This document shows positions 36,298 through 48,255 of a stretch of DNA of 64,000 nt, in pieces. The notes beneath the pieces are model-generated. The model saw only the letters and a list, made by a program, of their open reading frames with translations. It had not been told where the DNA came from and ran no database searches. The translations under genes and the position numbers were made by a program. The first letter of the stretch is position 1; each line of letters starts with the position of its first letter. The stretch lies in assembly GCA_965649825.1 (NCBI GenBank), contig OZ287695.1, positions 248,001 to 312,000 of the forward strand, written 5' to 3'. Source of the DNA: Penicillus capitatus. Its lineage: Eukaryota; Plantae; Chlorophyta.

Positions 36298-38718
36298 GTT
36301 AAAAAAGCATGCTTTTTATTCGGTAATTTGTGTCTACTGGAGAACACCATTCTACGTCGCTTTTGAATCACTCTGATAAAGTCTTCTGTTACGGAAGCTT
36401 TATTCTCTTTGTTATCCGTGCAAAGGTTCTAAAAAAGATAACGCATCTATTCTACGCGTCTGTTTTTCTATATTGTCAAGATGAAGTGAACGGTTTGTTT
36501 GGCGTGTCGTGTCAAGGGCTCGATCAACTTAATCGGCTAATGCATTTGAGGAACCATTAATTGCCTGTGTGATGATTGTGTGTCAAACTTGCAAGAAAGT
36601 TTGACTTTGACTATCTGCCATCAAGGGCGGATGTAAACCCGTCTCTGGCTTTGCGAATCTCGGGCGTCACTTGTTCGCGATTAACGATAATCGACGATTA
36701 CAAAAAGCAAGCACCAAGTGAAGATCTATTGTTCGTCCTATTCTTTCGTATTCGTTGTCGTCATTCGTCAGCTTAGCATTAACCTTTGTTTGCTAGGTCT
36801 CTGAAGTCAACAGCTATTGTTTGTTTGCACCGTTGGTACGCGCGTTTATACCATTCTGCTACAGCGTAACATGACGTGTCTAGTATTCCCGGTTCTCTAG
36901 ATTGAATGTGGACCTTTGTTCGAGTCATGCTTCTCATATTCTGCACGATCTAGGGTCTTTGCCGTCTTCGTTCGACACAATGAGAAGTACACTGATGTCA
37001 TCATGCCTCTCACGATGTCGTCATAGCAGAGGACAACGATTCGTTGGGGCGCGTATGATTCAGCAGGCGTTGCAAGGCAGGAAAGATGACTCGATTTGCG
37101 ATGCTGTTCGCAGAAGGTAATGTGAACGTAAAGCTGCCGAGATGTCTTGGTCTACATGATTCTAGAGGCAACAGTCGTGTTGTTCAGTTTCGGCCAAGTC
37201 CGACGATGAGGTTCTATCATTGCGCCTTCAGTTATTAGAATTACCGTTATGGAGGACACGCTTTTTTGAAACATCACCACATCGGCGATTGTCAGAGTTG
37301 TTTCCGTGAACATTGTCAAGAAAGGTTCCATCCACGTGGAGCAGATCAGATTTGGAGAACCGCTGAAACATTGAAGAGTCAGATTGGTATACGGATGGTT
37401 GTGTTTTTAAATTTCTTTCTGAAACCTTTTTCGTCTGTCTGCTTTACGTCGATCTTGACAGATGCAACCGATCCGACTATCACTTGTGTTTCCGAAAACG
37501 CGTATTCCAAAGTTGAAAGCGACATCTCCGGCCACAAAAGCACTTGCCCGTGTCTCAATCCAGGCCCCGGTTACCAACGCGGACGAAGAGTTTAATCGCG
37601 TTCGCAGAACGCTCGCTGCCCTGTTTCATCGACATCATGTACGGCAAAGATCATTCGCCGTGTTTCCGCAGAAGGGTGTTGTCGGCGAACAAGGTAACGA
37701 GGAAACAGATGATGCTTACACGGCGAAAACTGAGACATTATTCTACATCCATCCACGTCTCAGCACTGTCGATTCAAAGCGAAAGGCTCGTTGGACGATG
37801 AACAGCTTGGATCTCACACGGCTCAATCGTTTCGTCCAACTACGAGGAGTATCATTGAAGCGGGGGTTTTACACGGGGTTTCTTCAACAGTATATTTCAT
37901 GGTTCACACTTACGAGGGATATGTAGGTCGGGCATTGCTGTGCAGCGCATGGATACAACGAGAAGAACTCCGGTAGAAACTTTGATGCAGCGGAAAACCG
38001 AATCGTTTACAATAATCGAATGTTTCAACAGAACCCTCTTTTTGTATGTCTCCGAGCATGCCGTTATGCCTTTCGCTGTGACTGCGTCATGCGGCACGTC
38101 ACGCTGGCTGCTTGATGTGACTACCCCTTCTTGTCCCTCACCATCCCCGTCACAGTATTTGTTTTTTTTGCCGAATGCGTGCCGCCCTTTGAGGGCTGCT
38201 GCGTCATCTCGTGCAAAGTTCTTCGGATTCTAATTTCCAGATTCGATCCATCACTCGGTACACCTGTCAACACTCGGATGGCATCGTGTATCGTCGTGCA
38301 TTCGGCTACACATTCCCTCCGTTTTGCTTCAATAACATGGTCGTTCACATAATCGCATGACGAATCAAAGCAAATAGCAGAGCGTCGTGGTTGGAAGACG
38401 GCGTCTAAAGCCTCACGACGACGACGGACAGCACACCAAACTCGTCAAAGCAGCCAACGATCCCAAGTCCAATTTCTTGCATCTCGTAGAGGGAACGAAC
38501 GCTTTGCCGTGCGGCGGCGAAAGTTCCGAAGGACCCTTTGTTGTCGACGGTGTGCTTATTCGAGTTGGTGAACATCACGGACTCTCGGCCTACCTATCGT
38601 TTGATCATCTGGAGTTTCAGGAGAACTGGGGAGAGGAGGTTCCTTTCGGAAGTTCTCTGGAATCTTTGATACAGAGTGGAAGAAAATCGATTCAACGAAC
38701 GCGTTTTCTTCGGCGGAC

Positions 38719-38934
38719 TTACTCCGGAAGTGCATCAAAGAGTGATATCAGATGTCTCTCGATCCGTCTCGCGCAACCGTTGTCCGTCTGAAGGGATTGC
38801 TTGGCAGCCTGCTCTGCCTCCACTTCCCCCCAGACGTTGTTGACGTTGACACGGATATCGTCATCGCTTCCATATCGTTGGGGTACTTCAGGAGGAGGAG
38901 CGCGGGAGCCAGACTCGTCTCCGGGTTGAACCAT
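38719..38934 (-). other. Small 'MxxxGD' family ORF (MVQPGDESGSRAPPP...), function unknown, possibly a gene fragment
   Basis: N-terminus similar to ORFs starting at 40695, 59867 and 61585; lies directly after the shared upstream module. Confidence 0.4.
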
Positions 38935-39300
38935 CTCAGCAGCGCAGCGGAAATCTTGAAGCAAGATGAGGGTGGGCAAGGATATCAGAGGCCACGCCAC
39001 GGGTAGCAGCAAAGAGACAGATTGTTACAACGATGATAGACGGCAGATGTTTTTGTGATAACAGATTGTATTCGACAAACAGGTACAAATACCAAAACAG
39101 ATGTGAATCGAGAGATGTTTTTATGTCCGGCCCTCGCTTTTTTACTTTCCTAGCGATGAGACCGATAGGACAAGGTAGGAGAAACTCAGGAAGTTCAAGC
39201 GCGAGTTCATCGGGAAGTTCGCAATGAGACTGGGAAGTTCAGTAAGAATTGTGCTACAAACTTCCGAAAAACTTCAGCATGAGATTCTCAAAGAGTTCGC
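38935..39300 (-). repeat. Dispersed upstream module, instance I (degenerate)
   Basis: agcgcagcggaaatcttg, gcagcaaagagacagattgttacaac, gaagttcgcaatgagact shared with the other instances. Confidence 0.75.
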
Positions 39301-40179
39301 AGTCCTCGTCACCACGACATCCTCATAGTAGCCAGGTCCAGCGATGGTTATGTCGCACATCCAAAAGCCAACAATAACAGGTGACGAATAAATGCCTACT
39401 TGGTTACGGCGATGTCCCATCGTTGATCTGTCAAAACGTGCTATACTTTCACAGTCCACAAGGCGTGGAAGCAGTTTTTCGGATTGTTGAAGGTCAACTG
39501 GACTAACAAAAGACACTCGATCTCGTTTCTCAGCACAGACAGCGTCAGTCTGAAGCCCATTGCACATCGACCGGGAATCCGTCGTGGGAGATCGAGCATC
39601 TCTGGTGTCACACACCATCACCTCTCTCCAAGAGAGGTAGGTGATTTGCCAAACGAACTGATTGGAAGTCCGACATCGAAAAGAACGTTGGCTGAACGGA
39701 TCAGACGGAGAATTTTTCTTGTCGCGGGGAGGAGAGCTCTTCACGGCATTGAATCGCCTTTTGTGGTGAAGATTGTCCATAACTTCGGTATTGGCTACCG
39801 TCAGGCAATGTCCAGTCACGCGACACCCACATTGTTCGCCACCTCCGAAAGCATTCATCCCAATAACGCAGAGGGATGGAGGAGAGCAAAGCAGATGGAC
39901 GACAGCGCCATCGGATATTGGCTTTCATGACAAAAGCCTTCCCGAAAACTGCAGCGAATATTCCGGAAGGGAGAAGTGGGATTCTGACTGAGACCCCTCA
40001 GCAAGCGAATTGACCGCCATGTTTGCAACTTGAGACGTGACGAGTATGCTCAGCAGAGCAAAGAGCTCGTAACTGCAAGACAGAATACTGGCCCCACCAA
40101 TGAGGTGCTTTGCTATGAGAGTTCATGACCTGAACTCCCGCGTCGATATCTTTTGGGATCGATGTAAACAACTTCGAAA

Positions 40180-40694
40180 GAACAGAGTCGAACTGGCACG
40201 CGACGACGGCGCTGTGAAAGAATGGCGCGATTCTGGCGAAACGATGATGGGACATCTGTGTAATAGTGATATTTCTATCACTTAGGGCTTGTCGCGTCTT
40301 TTGCTATGCGACGTAATAACCGTCGTCGCTGAGTCGCAGACAAATCATGATGACTGGGAGTGAGTTCCTGCGAAGTTCTTGGGAAGTTTCTAGAGTTTCA
40401 TGTTGAATTTCCTAGTCTCATTGCGAACTCACTCTTGAAGTTCATTGATTTTTCATGTCGTCACATCAGGGTCTGAGTATTTAAGCGAGGCTTTGACACA
40501 TAAAAAATATCTTTCGTTTGACACCTAAGTTTCTACTGTCATTTGTGAATTGCATACAACCTGTTTCTGTCTTACAAAACATTCAATGTCTATCATTTGT
40601 TGTACCAAGTCGCTCTTTGCTGGAAAGCTGTTGTGTAGTCTCCGAGCTTTCGCCCATCCTCATCTAACTTAAAGACTTCCGCTGCGTTTGTGAA
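40180..40694 (+). promoter_or_regulatory. Dispersed upstream module, instance II (inverted relative to I): near-HSE GAAgtTTCtaGAg 40383-40395 and TATTTAA 40478-40484
   Basis: Reverse complement of the blocks at 59868-60330 and 61586-62080; TATTTAA lies about 210 nt before ATG 40695. Confidence 0.55.
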
Positions 40695-40928
40695 ATGAGC
40701 CAACACGGGGACGACTCTGGCAACAACGCTCCTCCTCCACCTCCCGGGCAAGGCGAGGGAGAAATACGCGTCGTCCAAGCCGAGGACGTCGAGAGGGAGG
40801 TACAGGGTGAGGGTGCCGGAGGCGTTCTTCACAAGCGCAAACGAACGCTCAGACGATGGCACAGGAATACGAGGATAATTACAGAGGGAAGCTCGCCCTT
40901 AAATACACAGGTGGTTAAGGATTCCTAA
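40695..40928 (+). other. Small 'MSxxGD' family ORF (MSQHGDDSGNNAPPPPP...), possibly the first exon of a spliced or frameshifted gene
   Basis: Shared N-terminus and upstream module with the family. Confidence 0.4.
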
Positions 40929-42881
40929 CCTTCACTTCTGACAACTGCGAACTTGTCTATGCACCGGACAACCACCTCCCTACTGTTATGGGGCAGTTGC
41001 AAAGAGGGCATTCATCCGTCGCTCTCCGTGGTTCGGAAGCGCCTGGATGGTTATTGCGACGCGCAACAATCGCGATGGTTGCCTGCGGTGGTTTGTGCAT
41101 CTAATCTCCGACAATATCACTTCGAGCCGCGAGAAGTTTGAAACATTCGGCATCGAATGGATCCAAAGGGAAAGACGTTTTCACTTCCTGTTTGCCTGCC
41201 AACGAGAACGCGCGACGTGAAACGGAACAAGCCGCTGGATTTGGCTCGGCGTTAGCCACCCTCCACCGGCATCCTGTCTGCTCCTAAACCATGCATAACG
41301 AGGAGCAACGCGCTGTGATGTCAATCCCTTCCGACAGACGCTTTTTCTTGACTTCCGATTAACTTAGCTATGACTTTACAGCCCCTCAATTTTCGCGCCA
41401 TGCGTTTCAGATGTGTTGTCCATGAAGTGGAAGCGCAATCATCCGGGTCGATCCGGGTCGCCGTATGGCGTCTAACGCATGACTTCACCCATTTTACGTT
41501 CAAGACTCGAACCTGGCTCGCCAGAACAGTGAAAACTCCTCCGAGAGGGATTTCAGGATATCCGACGCGGAATCTCAGAATGCCATATCGGTGAGTACCG
41601 CAAAACTCGAACTCCTATGCATTCGGATCTGATGTGATTGGAAAGAAACACGTTAGGGGATTCAGAGCTACGGCGAAATGTAGAATCTGTCATGTCCACG
41701 AAATGGAGCTCAAGAATACCGCAAGAGCGCGAAATCCGAAAAGCGAGAGAGAGTCTCTCTATCATCTACATCTCCTCCCTCCTCTTTCAATATCGTTCAG
41801 TGTCGATGAAATAGCGTTAACCATTCGCTTTCGTGCGAAGTCTTGACGGGCGGCTCTCGGACACGATGCTGTGTGCGTCCTTGCAGTCTACGGTCACCAC
41901 AACAAGCTCTCATCCAACGGAAATCAGACAGACAGACGACCTGAACGCTCATGTAGAAATAAGTTCATGGATTTGGTATGAGTTGGCGACAAATGAGGGC
42001 GCGTTCTGCTTCGGATACAAAGATGCATTTTGAGATGCAAGGACGTGCTCTTTGGAGAGCGCATCCTAGGACCGGCATCTATTGGCACATGATTCGGGTC
42101 GCGGCATCCCAATCGCAGACAGCATCTGCCTTTTCCTCTTAACAGATGTGACATCTTCTCTGATTCTCACACAGAACCTGAGTGTTGTTCTCGCCGCAGG
42201 ATCCTCTTCAAAAGTGCACTTCATTGCCAGATTCGTGGTCTTTCGTTTGTTTCTCCTCTCTTTCAAATCGACGTTGGATAGAACGAGACGGCAAGCATTG
42301 TCGAATCTTAGGAAATGTGTTGCAAGATTGACCTGAACCGACCAGCCTTACATTCTCTGGGAATTCAAACAGCCGTAGTTTGACTTCCGAGACTCAAAGC
42401 GAATGTTGCGACGCGATAGTGAAGTCTTCCTATACCCACGCAACCGAGGTGAGGTCAAAGGAGGAGAGTCTTCGTCAGACTCCACTCGTACATCGCAGAT
42501 ACCGGAACAGCAGCTATGTTGCTGGATGCAGAGTGCTTGAATTGATTCCACTGGGCTCCTGTAGGCGCAGGATTCTCATGGCGACTTCGTTCAACTTCTT
42601 CGTCCAGCACGGACAGTAGCCGACACGAAAGGACTTGCGTCGCAGGTTCACGATCCAGTCTCCAGGGACCCAAAACCCAAACAGAGCTCTTCGGACACCT
42701 TGAAGGGACGAGCTCCGAGCTCCTCTCGTTTGCCCGCAAGACATTGTGTCGAGAATTCCGAAGGCAGGACAAACAACGCGCAGAACCCAATTAAAGCAGG
42801 TCAACTCATTGTCAACCAACAAAAGGAAACTGGTCAAGGAACCATTCTCGTCAACGCGTCGCCGACCACGCTGCTCGGAAG

Positions 42882-44982
42882 ATGATGCACTCGCACGCGG
42901 GCACAGTCACGCTCCGCAGGCTCCTCGAGGAGGTGGCCCTGAGCACGCACTCGGTGCGGCACGGGATACGCGTCCATCAGCTGCTGCAGACGTGGGAAGG
43001 GCTCTGCGCCTTCCTCCGCGACGCGCTCCTTCGTCGAAAGGTGGGAGCAGGACTTCAATAATGAGAAAGGCGTCCAGCCGTCTGCACAGGGGCTCCTCGT
43101 CCCATCGCTCGGCACGTTCTACGTACTCTGCTCGAACAGACCTCGGGAGACGGCACAGCCGGCGTTCGAACTGCTCGATCGCCGGTTCGCCGGCGTCTCT
43201 CAGGAAGTCAGCCGCGTCAACAGATTCGCAAGTCGAGCACCCCGACGCTCCGTCGCCACTTGATCGACTGCTTCGCGTAGAGAAGTGCGGCGTGCTGAAC
43301 GCAAACTACCAGATGCTCGCCGAGAGCACGCACCTCCATCGTTCGTCCTGTCAGCGGATCGTCAAGAACACGGCCGAGAGGCTCGCCATGCACGTCCTCA
43401 ACGGCGACCACGTCCACGTTTGCACTTCTGCAGTAGAGAGCTGCTGTGTATTCGCATTCCTAAGGTCGCCTTTCCCGGAGTCGGCGTCCTGAAGAGAAAC
43501 AGGGCCGGAAGGATCGAGTTCAGATTCGATGCGACCCTGAGAGAGGCTATGGGAAGACCTCCGTGTCAGCGAGTCCACCAGGCTGCCGTCGCGAGTCCGG
43601 TGCGTCCTCAGCGAACGCAGAGGGAAGACGTCCGGACCAGAACGTCGAAGACGACACCGCCATCCCCGAGACCGCTGCTGGACACGCGGCCCGAAGAGCA
43701 GCAGAGGCGCGGACTCCGACTGTGCATCAATTGAACCATGGGTGCAGTAGGGACGGTGCCGAGAACGACGACGGAGCGTGCCCGGAAGATGCCGTCGCAA
43801 GTGCAACTGGTGCTCTACTTCTCTGCAACGAACTGGACGCCATGTGGAGACTGTGCAAGAGCGCCGACATGTCGCCGCCTGCCCGTTCCAGGGTCGGACT
43901 GACACTCTCGCTGTCTAGGACGGGCGAGGGGCTTGTGCCGAAGGAAGACATGCAAGCGTGGCTCCAGACAGAGTGCCGGAAGCTGCTGCGGCAGACGGAC
44001 GCTCTGTCGCTCCTTGACCTCGTCCAGACGCACACGTCGGGTTCGGTCTCTTCTGCCGAAGTCTCCAGACGGCCTCGCTCGAGCAGACAGGGGCGGCAGA
44101 TTCATGTGCTACGCGCGTTTCCTGGCGTCTCTGAAGGAGCTGTCGTACCGGCCGACCAGCCAGGCAAGAGCGGTCTGCCAAGCCGAAGGGCGACGTTCTC
44201 GCGCAGGTCCTGCGGATTCACCACGAGGAGGAGAGTGGGAGCGAGGACGACGACAACGAGCGCGCGTCCGAAGGCCGCGCCGGCGAGGAGGAGGTGGAGC
44301 CGCAGCAAACTTCCTATTTCGATCAGGTCTCCCCTCGATCCTTCACGCTCTAGCAAAAAAACTATGCGTTGTCAGAACCGAGGGAGATCGTTCTCGAGGA
44401 CGGACTGCGATGCGTTCAACGAGTTCCACTTCCGACGGCTAACGCGTTCTCGCGGACAAGACGTCGCCCCCAAGGTCGGCGAGGAGCCTCTGACGCTCGA
44501 GGAGGCGAGGTTTACTCGAGGAAACTGTTCGCCGTGGCCTCGAGCGCGGACGGCGCCGAATTGCCAGGAACGCCGCGTGCAGCACCCAGGCGGTCCCGCC
44601 ACAGACGACAGTCCGCTGCAGGCGCAGGGGCTCGAACGAAGCGGCTCGAGGCAAGACGCCGCCATGCTGGGGAAGCAGATCGAGAAGCCCATTAAGGGAG
44701 CGGCGCGTCTGGCCGAGACGTGGAGGCAGCAGGTGAGGTGCCCGTCGACCGTCAACAAGACGACGAGCTCTGTTCCAGCTGGAGGAGCGCGAGAGGCTGA
44801 TGGAGGCGTACCGAGCCAGCGAGGACAAGTGGCCTTACGGTCCCGAACGGCAGCCACACATGCGCGTGCCGGCGACCGCCCCGAAGTATATCCGGGCGCA
44901 CTACGTTCGTCCCTACGGTGCGGAGAACCCGTTTCCGACGCGACACTTCGCCGACGGCTACCACGACTGGCTGGCACTCTAA
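42882..44982 (+). CDS. CCDC81-like protein (two HU-CCDC81 domains, then EF-hand-like and low-complexity regions); multi-exon
   Basis: Hand-spliced TWEGLCAFLRDALLRRK|GLLVPSLGTF...PAFELL, LNANYQMLAESTHLHRSSCQRIV, H|VAFPGVGVL..RIEFRFD; last exon ...GYHDWLAL* ends 44982. Middle exons not resolved. Confidence 0.65.
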
Positions 44983-45070
44983 CGCTTATCGATTGACACT
45001 AGACTCGATGCTCTCGTTTTCGACTTTTTGAATGCATACGCACGCGCTTCTCCCTATTCAGTTCCGCTGC

Positions 45071-46996
45071 CTACGTCAGCGGCCTCTGTCTGAGCCAGGA
45101 CAGCATCCTGTCGCGCTTCGGGCCTTCGTCGTTTCCGACGCTCGGAATGATTCGCGACGGCTGCAGCCACTGCACGAAGTCGCGCATCTCGTTGAAGCTC
45201 GAGTGCTCCGAGTAAGGGACCTGAGAGGCGGCTCTCGCAGAACGGCCAGCAAGGGAAGTCGGCGAACCTGGTGGATGGTGATCTTGCCGGTCGTGTGGCG
45301 CCGCCCGCACCTGGTCTTTTCCATCCCCTTCTCGTAGCTCCACCCCGTCGGACGGAACCCGACGACGTGTGAGTAGCGACTCCCGTACCTCGTCAGAATC
45401 TGCTGCGCCGACTCCGCCGTCACCTTCCACAGGGCGATCTGCGAGCCAGCACTGTCTCGACGCGGCCTGCCCCTGCCGACTCACCGCATGGAGGTTCGTC
45501 GCCTCGTGGTCTGCCGTGAGCAAGGCCCTGTCATCCGCGCCCAGATCCAAGCAGTTCATCGACGCCAACTTGTCGCGGCTGACGTAGACAGGCCTCTCGG
45601 CTCTCCTCGCAACCTGCGGCAGCGATCCACTTCGGATTCGAGACAGGAGGAGCACGTGCCTCCAGAAACAGGCGCTCCTTGCCGATGCCGTAGGTTCCGA
45701 AGAGGAAGAGCGTCTTGGGGTGGAAGCTCTCGGCCAGAACGGCATCGCAGACGTACTGCACGACGTCCTTCTGAGGAGGGAAGCTGTGCTTCGGATCGCA
45801 GTACGTGGTGTCCAGCACGAGCACGCATCCCTGCGATCTCAGCCTGCCGACGGCCTCGTTGTCGCGCACCTCCCGAGTCAGCCGCGCGTCTCCCGTGTGC
45901 AGCACCGACGGTCCGCTGCCTCCCTCGACGATCAGCATCACTGATCCCGGACAGTGGTTGGCGTCCACCAGCGTCACCTGCGTCCCTGCGGCAGCCACCC
46001 ATCGAAGGAGGTCGACCGGCCGAGACCGCACCTGCCACGACGACCGTCTCGTCCAGAGGCAGTGGACGCAGTCGGTCTTCGCTGATCTTGAGCTTCGCCT
46101 GGCAGAGCCTCGCCGTCACGCGGGAGCAGTAGATCGTCCCTTTGGCGAAGGACGCTGTCAGTCCGCCGTAGTGGTCCGCGTGGAAGTGCGTCAGAAACCA
46201 GTGCCGATTGCGCAGATGACCGATCCCTTTGAAGCGATCCACCGCGAAGCTGTGCACAGAGTCCGTTTGGACGTCTGGGGAGTTCTCATCGCTCGGAGCT
46301 GCTCACTCTGTTCCGGGAATGGACTGCCACGGGCTGAGGTCCCTTCGGAAGGCTGAAAGGGGATTCGGGCGGAGGCAGGCTCTCTTGGCTTCCCGTTTCC
46401 CGTCCACCTGCACGACGTCCGACAGTTTGAGCTGCCTCAAGCTTCTCCCCGATGGAAACGGCGACGTCTTCACGTGCCGTCCCACATCCCGGTCACTCAG
46501 ATTCGAGGGATTCGCCCCGGCATGCAGACCGTTTCCTGGACGTCCCGCGACGCGGCGCTTTCGGTCGTGATGCGTCTCGGAAGGATCCGCACAGAGGCCA
46601 GCCGCCATCTTGAGAATGCGCTGTCTTTCCTGCTGCCACTCGACACCGAGCTCCTGCAAGGTCGACCACCCGTCGACATTTTCCTTCTCCGTCTTTGTCA
46701 GACCTTTAGATCAAGGTACGAGAGGTGCAGCAAGACGCCCATGTCGATCTCCGCCGCTTCAAAGGCTTTCGTGTACTGGGCCATTCCGATGGACCGCAGC
46801 CTGCACGAAGCCAGATCCTTGTTGCGGAGGAAGGAAGAGGAGGACGCACGCACCACGTCGCGATGCCACTGTCGGCCTTTACTTCCGCCGACCTGTGACG
46901 AACCACGCGTGCATTTCGTGAGTTGCTTTGCCGAGACGACTTTTCATCTTCTTCTGTTTTACAAAGGTCTATAATCTCGACTGGGACGTCAGTCAT
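45071..46996 (-). CDS. SNM1: SAM-domain DNA cross-link repair nuclease (SNM1/PSO2/DCLRE1A; MBL + beta-CASP); multi-exon
   Basis: SAM-like LRSIGMAQYTKAFEAAEIDMGVLLHL; FAVDRF, WFLTHFHADHYGGL, DANHCPGSVM, LHTGDAR, VLDTTYC, FGTYGIGKERL, GFRPTGWSY, VPYSEHSSFNEM. Confidence 0.9.
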
Positions 46997-47225
46997 GACG
47001 ATTTTCGAGGATGCAAGAATGGCACATTACGACGAGAATGACAAGAGTTTTGTGCAGGTCCGCGCAAAGGAAGCGGCATTCGTACACGAACGCTGTTTAA
47101 TCCGTCAACGAGCCGAACGCTGTTGATTGTGGCTTGTTTTACCGCGCGTGTAGAACCTGACTGTAAGATTGCCGAGAACTTTTTTTTTGTCAAGGGATGA
47201 TCTTCTTGTTTCTCCGCAACAACTG

Positions 47226-48255
47226 CTACGCAAAACATCGAAGTGTGACCAAGAACGACAGAGCATTGTTGATGTTTCGCATCAATCGGGACGATCGAGA
47301 TCCAGCAGATCGCCGCGAAAACGCGCAATGCGTAATGTCCAAAGGTTGAGAGGCACACACGTGATAGCGAGGAAACCAAAACAGAACTGTCGACAACACT
47401 GGGAGGCGACAGACGAGGTGAGCAAGAAACGGGATGTATCCTTCGCAAGACGGAACCGCTTCAGGAGCTGTCTTTCTCGCATCGTCGTGCGTCGCCTCTT
47501 CGCTTCGGCAAAAAAACTCTGCTCGAGACTGCTCATCTTTTTTGTTCGTTGTCATGTCAGCCCCATTTCGATCAGAACCTGACACCCTTCTCTTGACCAT
47601 ATCCGTTTCGTCTCGTGCTCCAGCGGCAACTGGAGCAGAGGTTGTCTGTGGGAGGAATGCAAAACGAGCTTCACATCTGCGGCAGCTGTTTGTCTGGTTC
47701 CTTCTGCAGAGTGGACAGGAGCGTTTCCAACGCGTTAGCATTAGCGTCGCCGCCCAGAACCTGCAACAAGAGAACAAACATGAGAAACTGGCAGAACTGG
47801 ATAATAGAGATGCCGGCCTGCTCTGTTAAGCATCCCACTCTGATACGCATGACCTTCTTTAGTGGCACTGCCAGTGAAACACCGATGAATCCTTGGATAC
47901 AAGTCTCCTCTTCTTCGTCTTCTTATACATGTATGTCTCCTTCCTTAACGCTTTCGGATTGACCGATCACCAACGAATGCGCCTCGGCTTCTTGTTCACA
48001 GTCTTACTCGACGACTTCGATCAGTTTCGAGCTTTTCAATCCCACAGCAGACATTGGCGAAGTGACCGACTGTCTCCCGTTTTGTCGTACGAGAAATGCG
48101 TCACGATCAAACCCATCCCTGTCGAACAAATGCTCCACCACACAAACGATCTCTGCCTCACGCTTCCTTATGCTACACGTGCAAGGAGATCTCAGTTCAG
48201 GAGCTTGTCGCCACCACCGAGAAACACCTTTCCAACGCTTCTGTTCGCGGCGTCC
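47226..48255 (-). other. Possible spliced hypothetical gene, model unresolved
   Basis: Protein-like fragments (EDEEEETCIQGFIGVSLAVPLKK, VLGGDANANALETLLSTLQKEP) with splice-like sites; no family recognised. Confidence 0.25.

Larger units (their letters stand above)
28920..38515 (+). repeat. Segmental duplication, copy A (about 1.85 kb upstream + NLR copy 2 + about 2.2 kb downstream); direct repeat of 49020-59545
   Basis: Long near-identical stretches, e.g. gtgacgcctggtcc.ctcacttccgtc at about 28950/49050 and gagggaacgaacgctttg at about 38490/59515. Confidence 0.92.

Noticed and set aside
43563-44996. 477-aa ORF as a stand-alone gene
   Set aside because: GC-rich read-through of several exons and introns of the CCDC81-like gene, with parts in other frames.
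47640-47740. CPLC...CRRC zinc-ribbon-like motif in ORF 47226-47777
   Set aside because: Overlaps a better-looking exon in another frame; no supporting family context.
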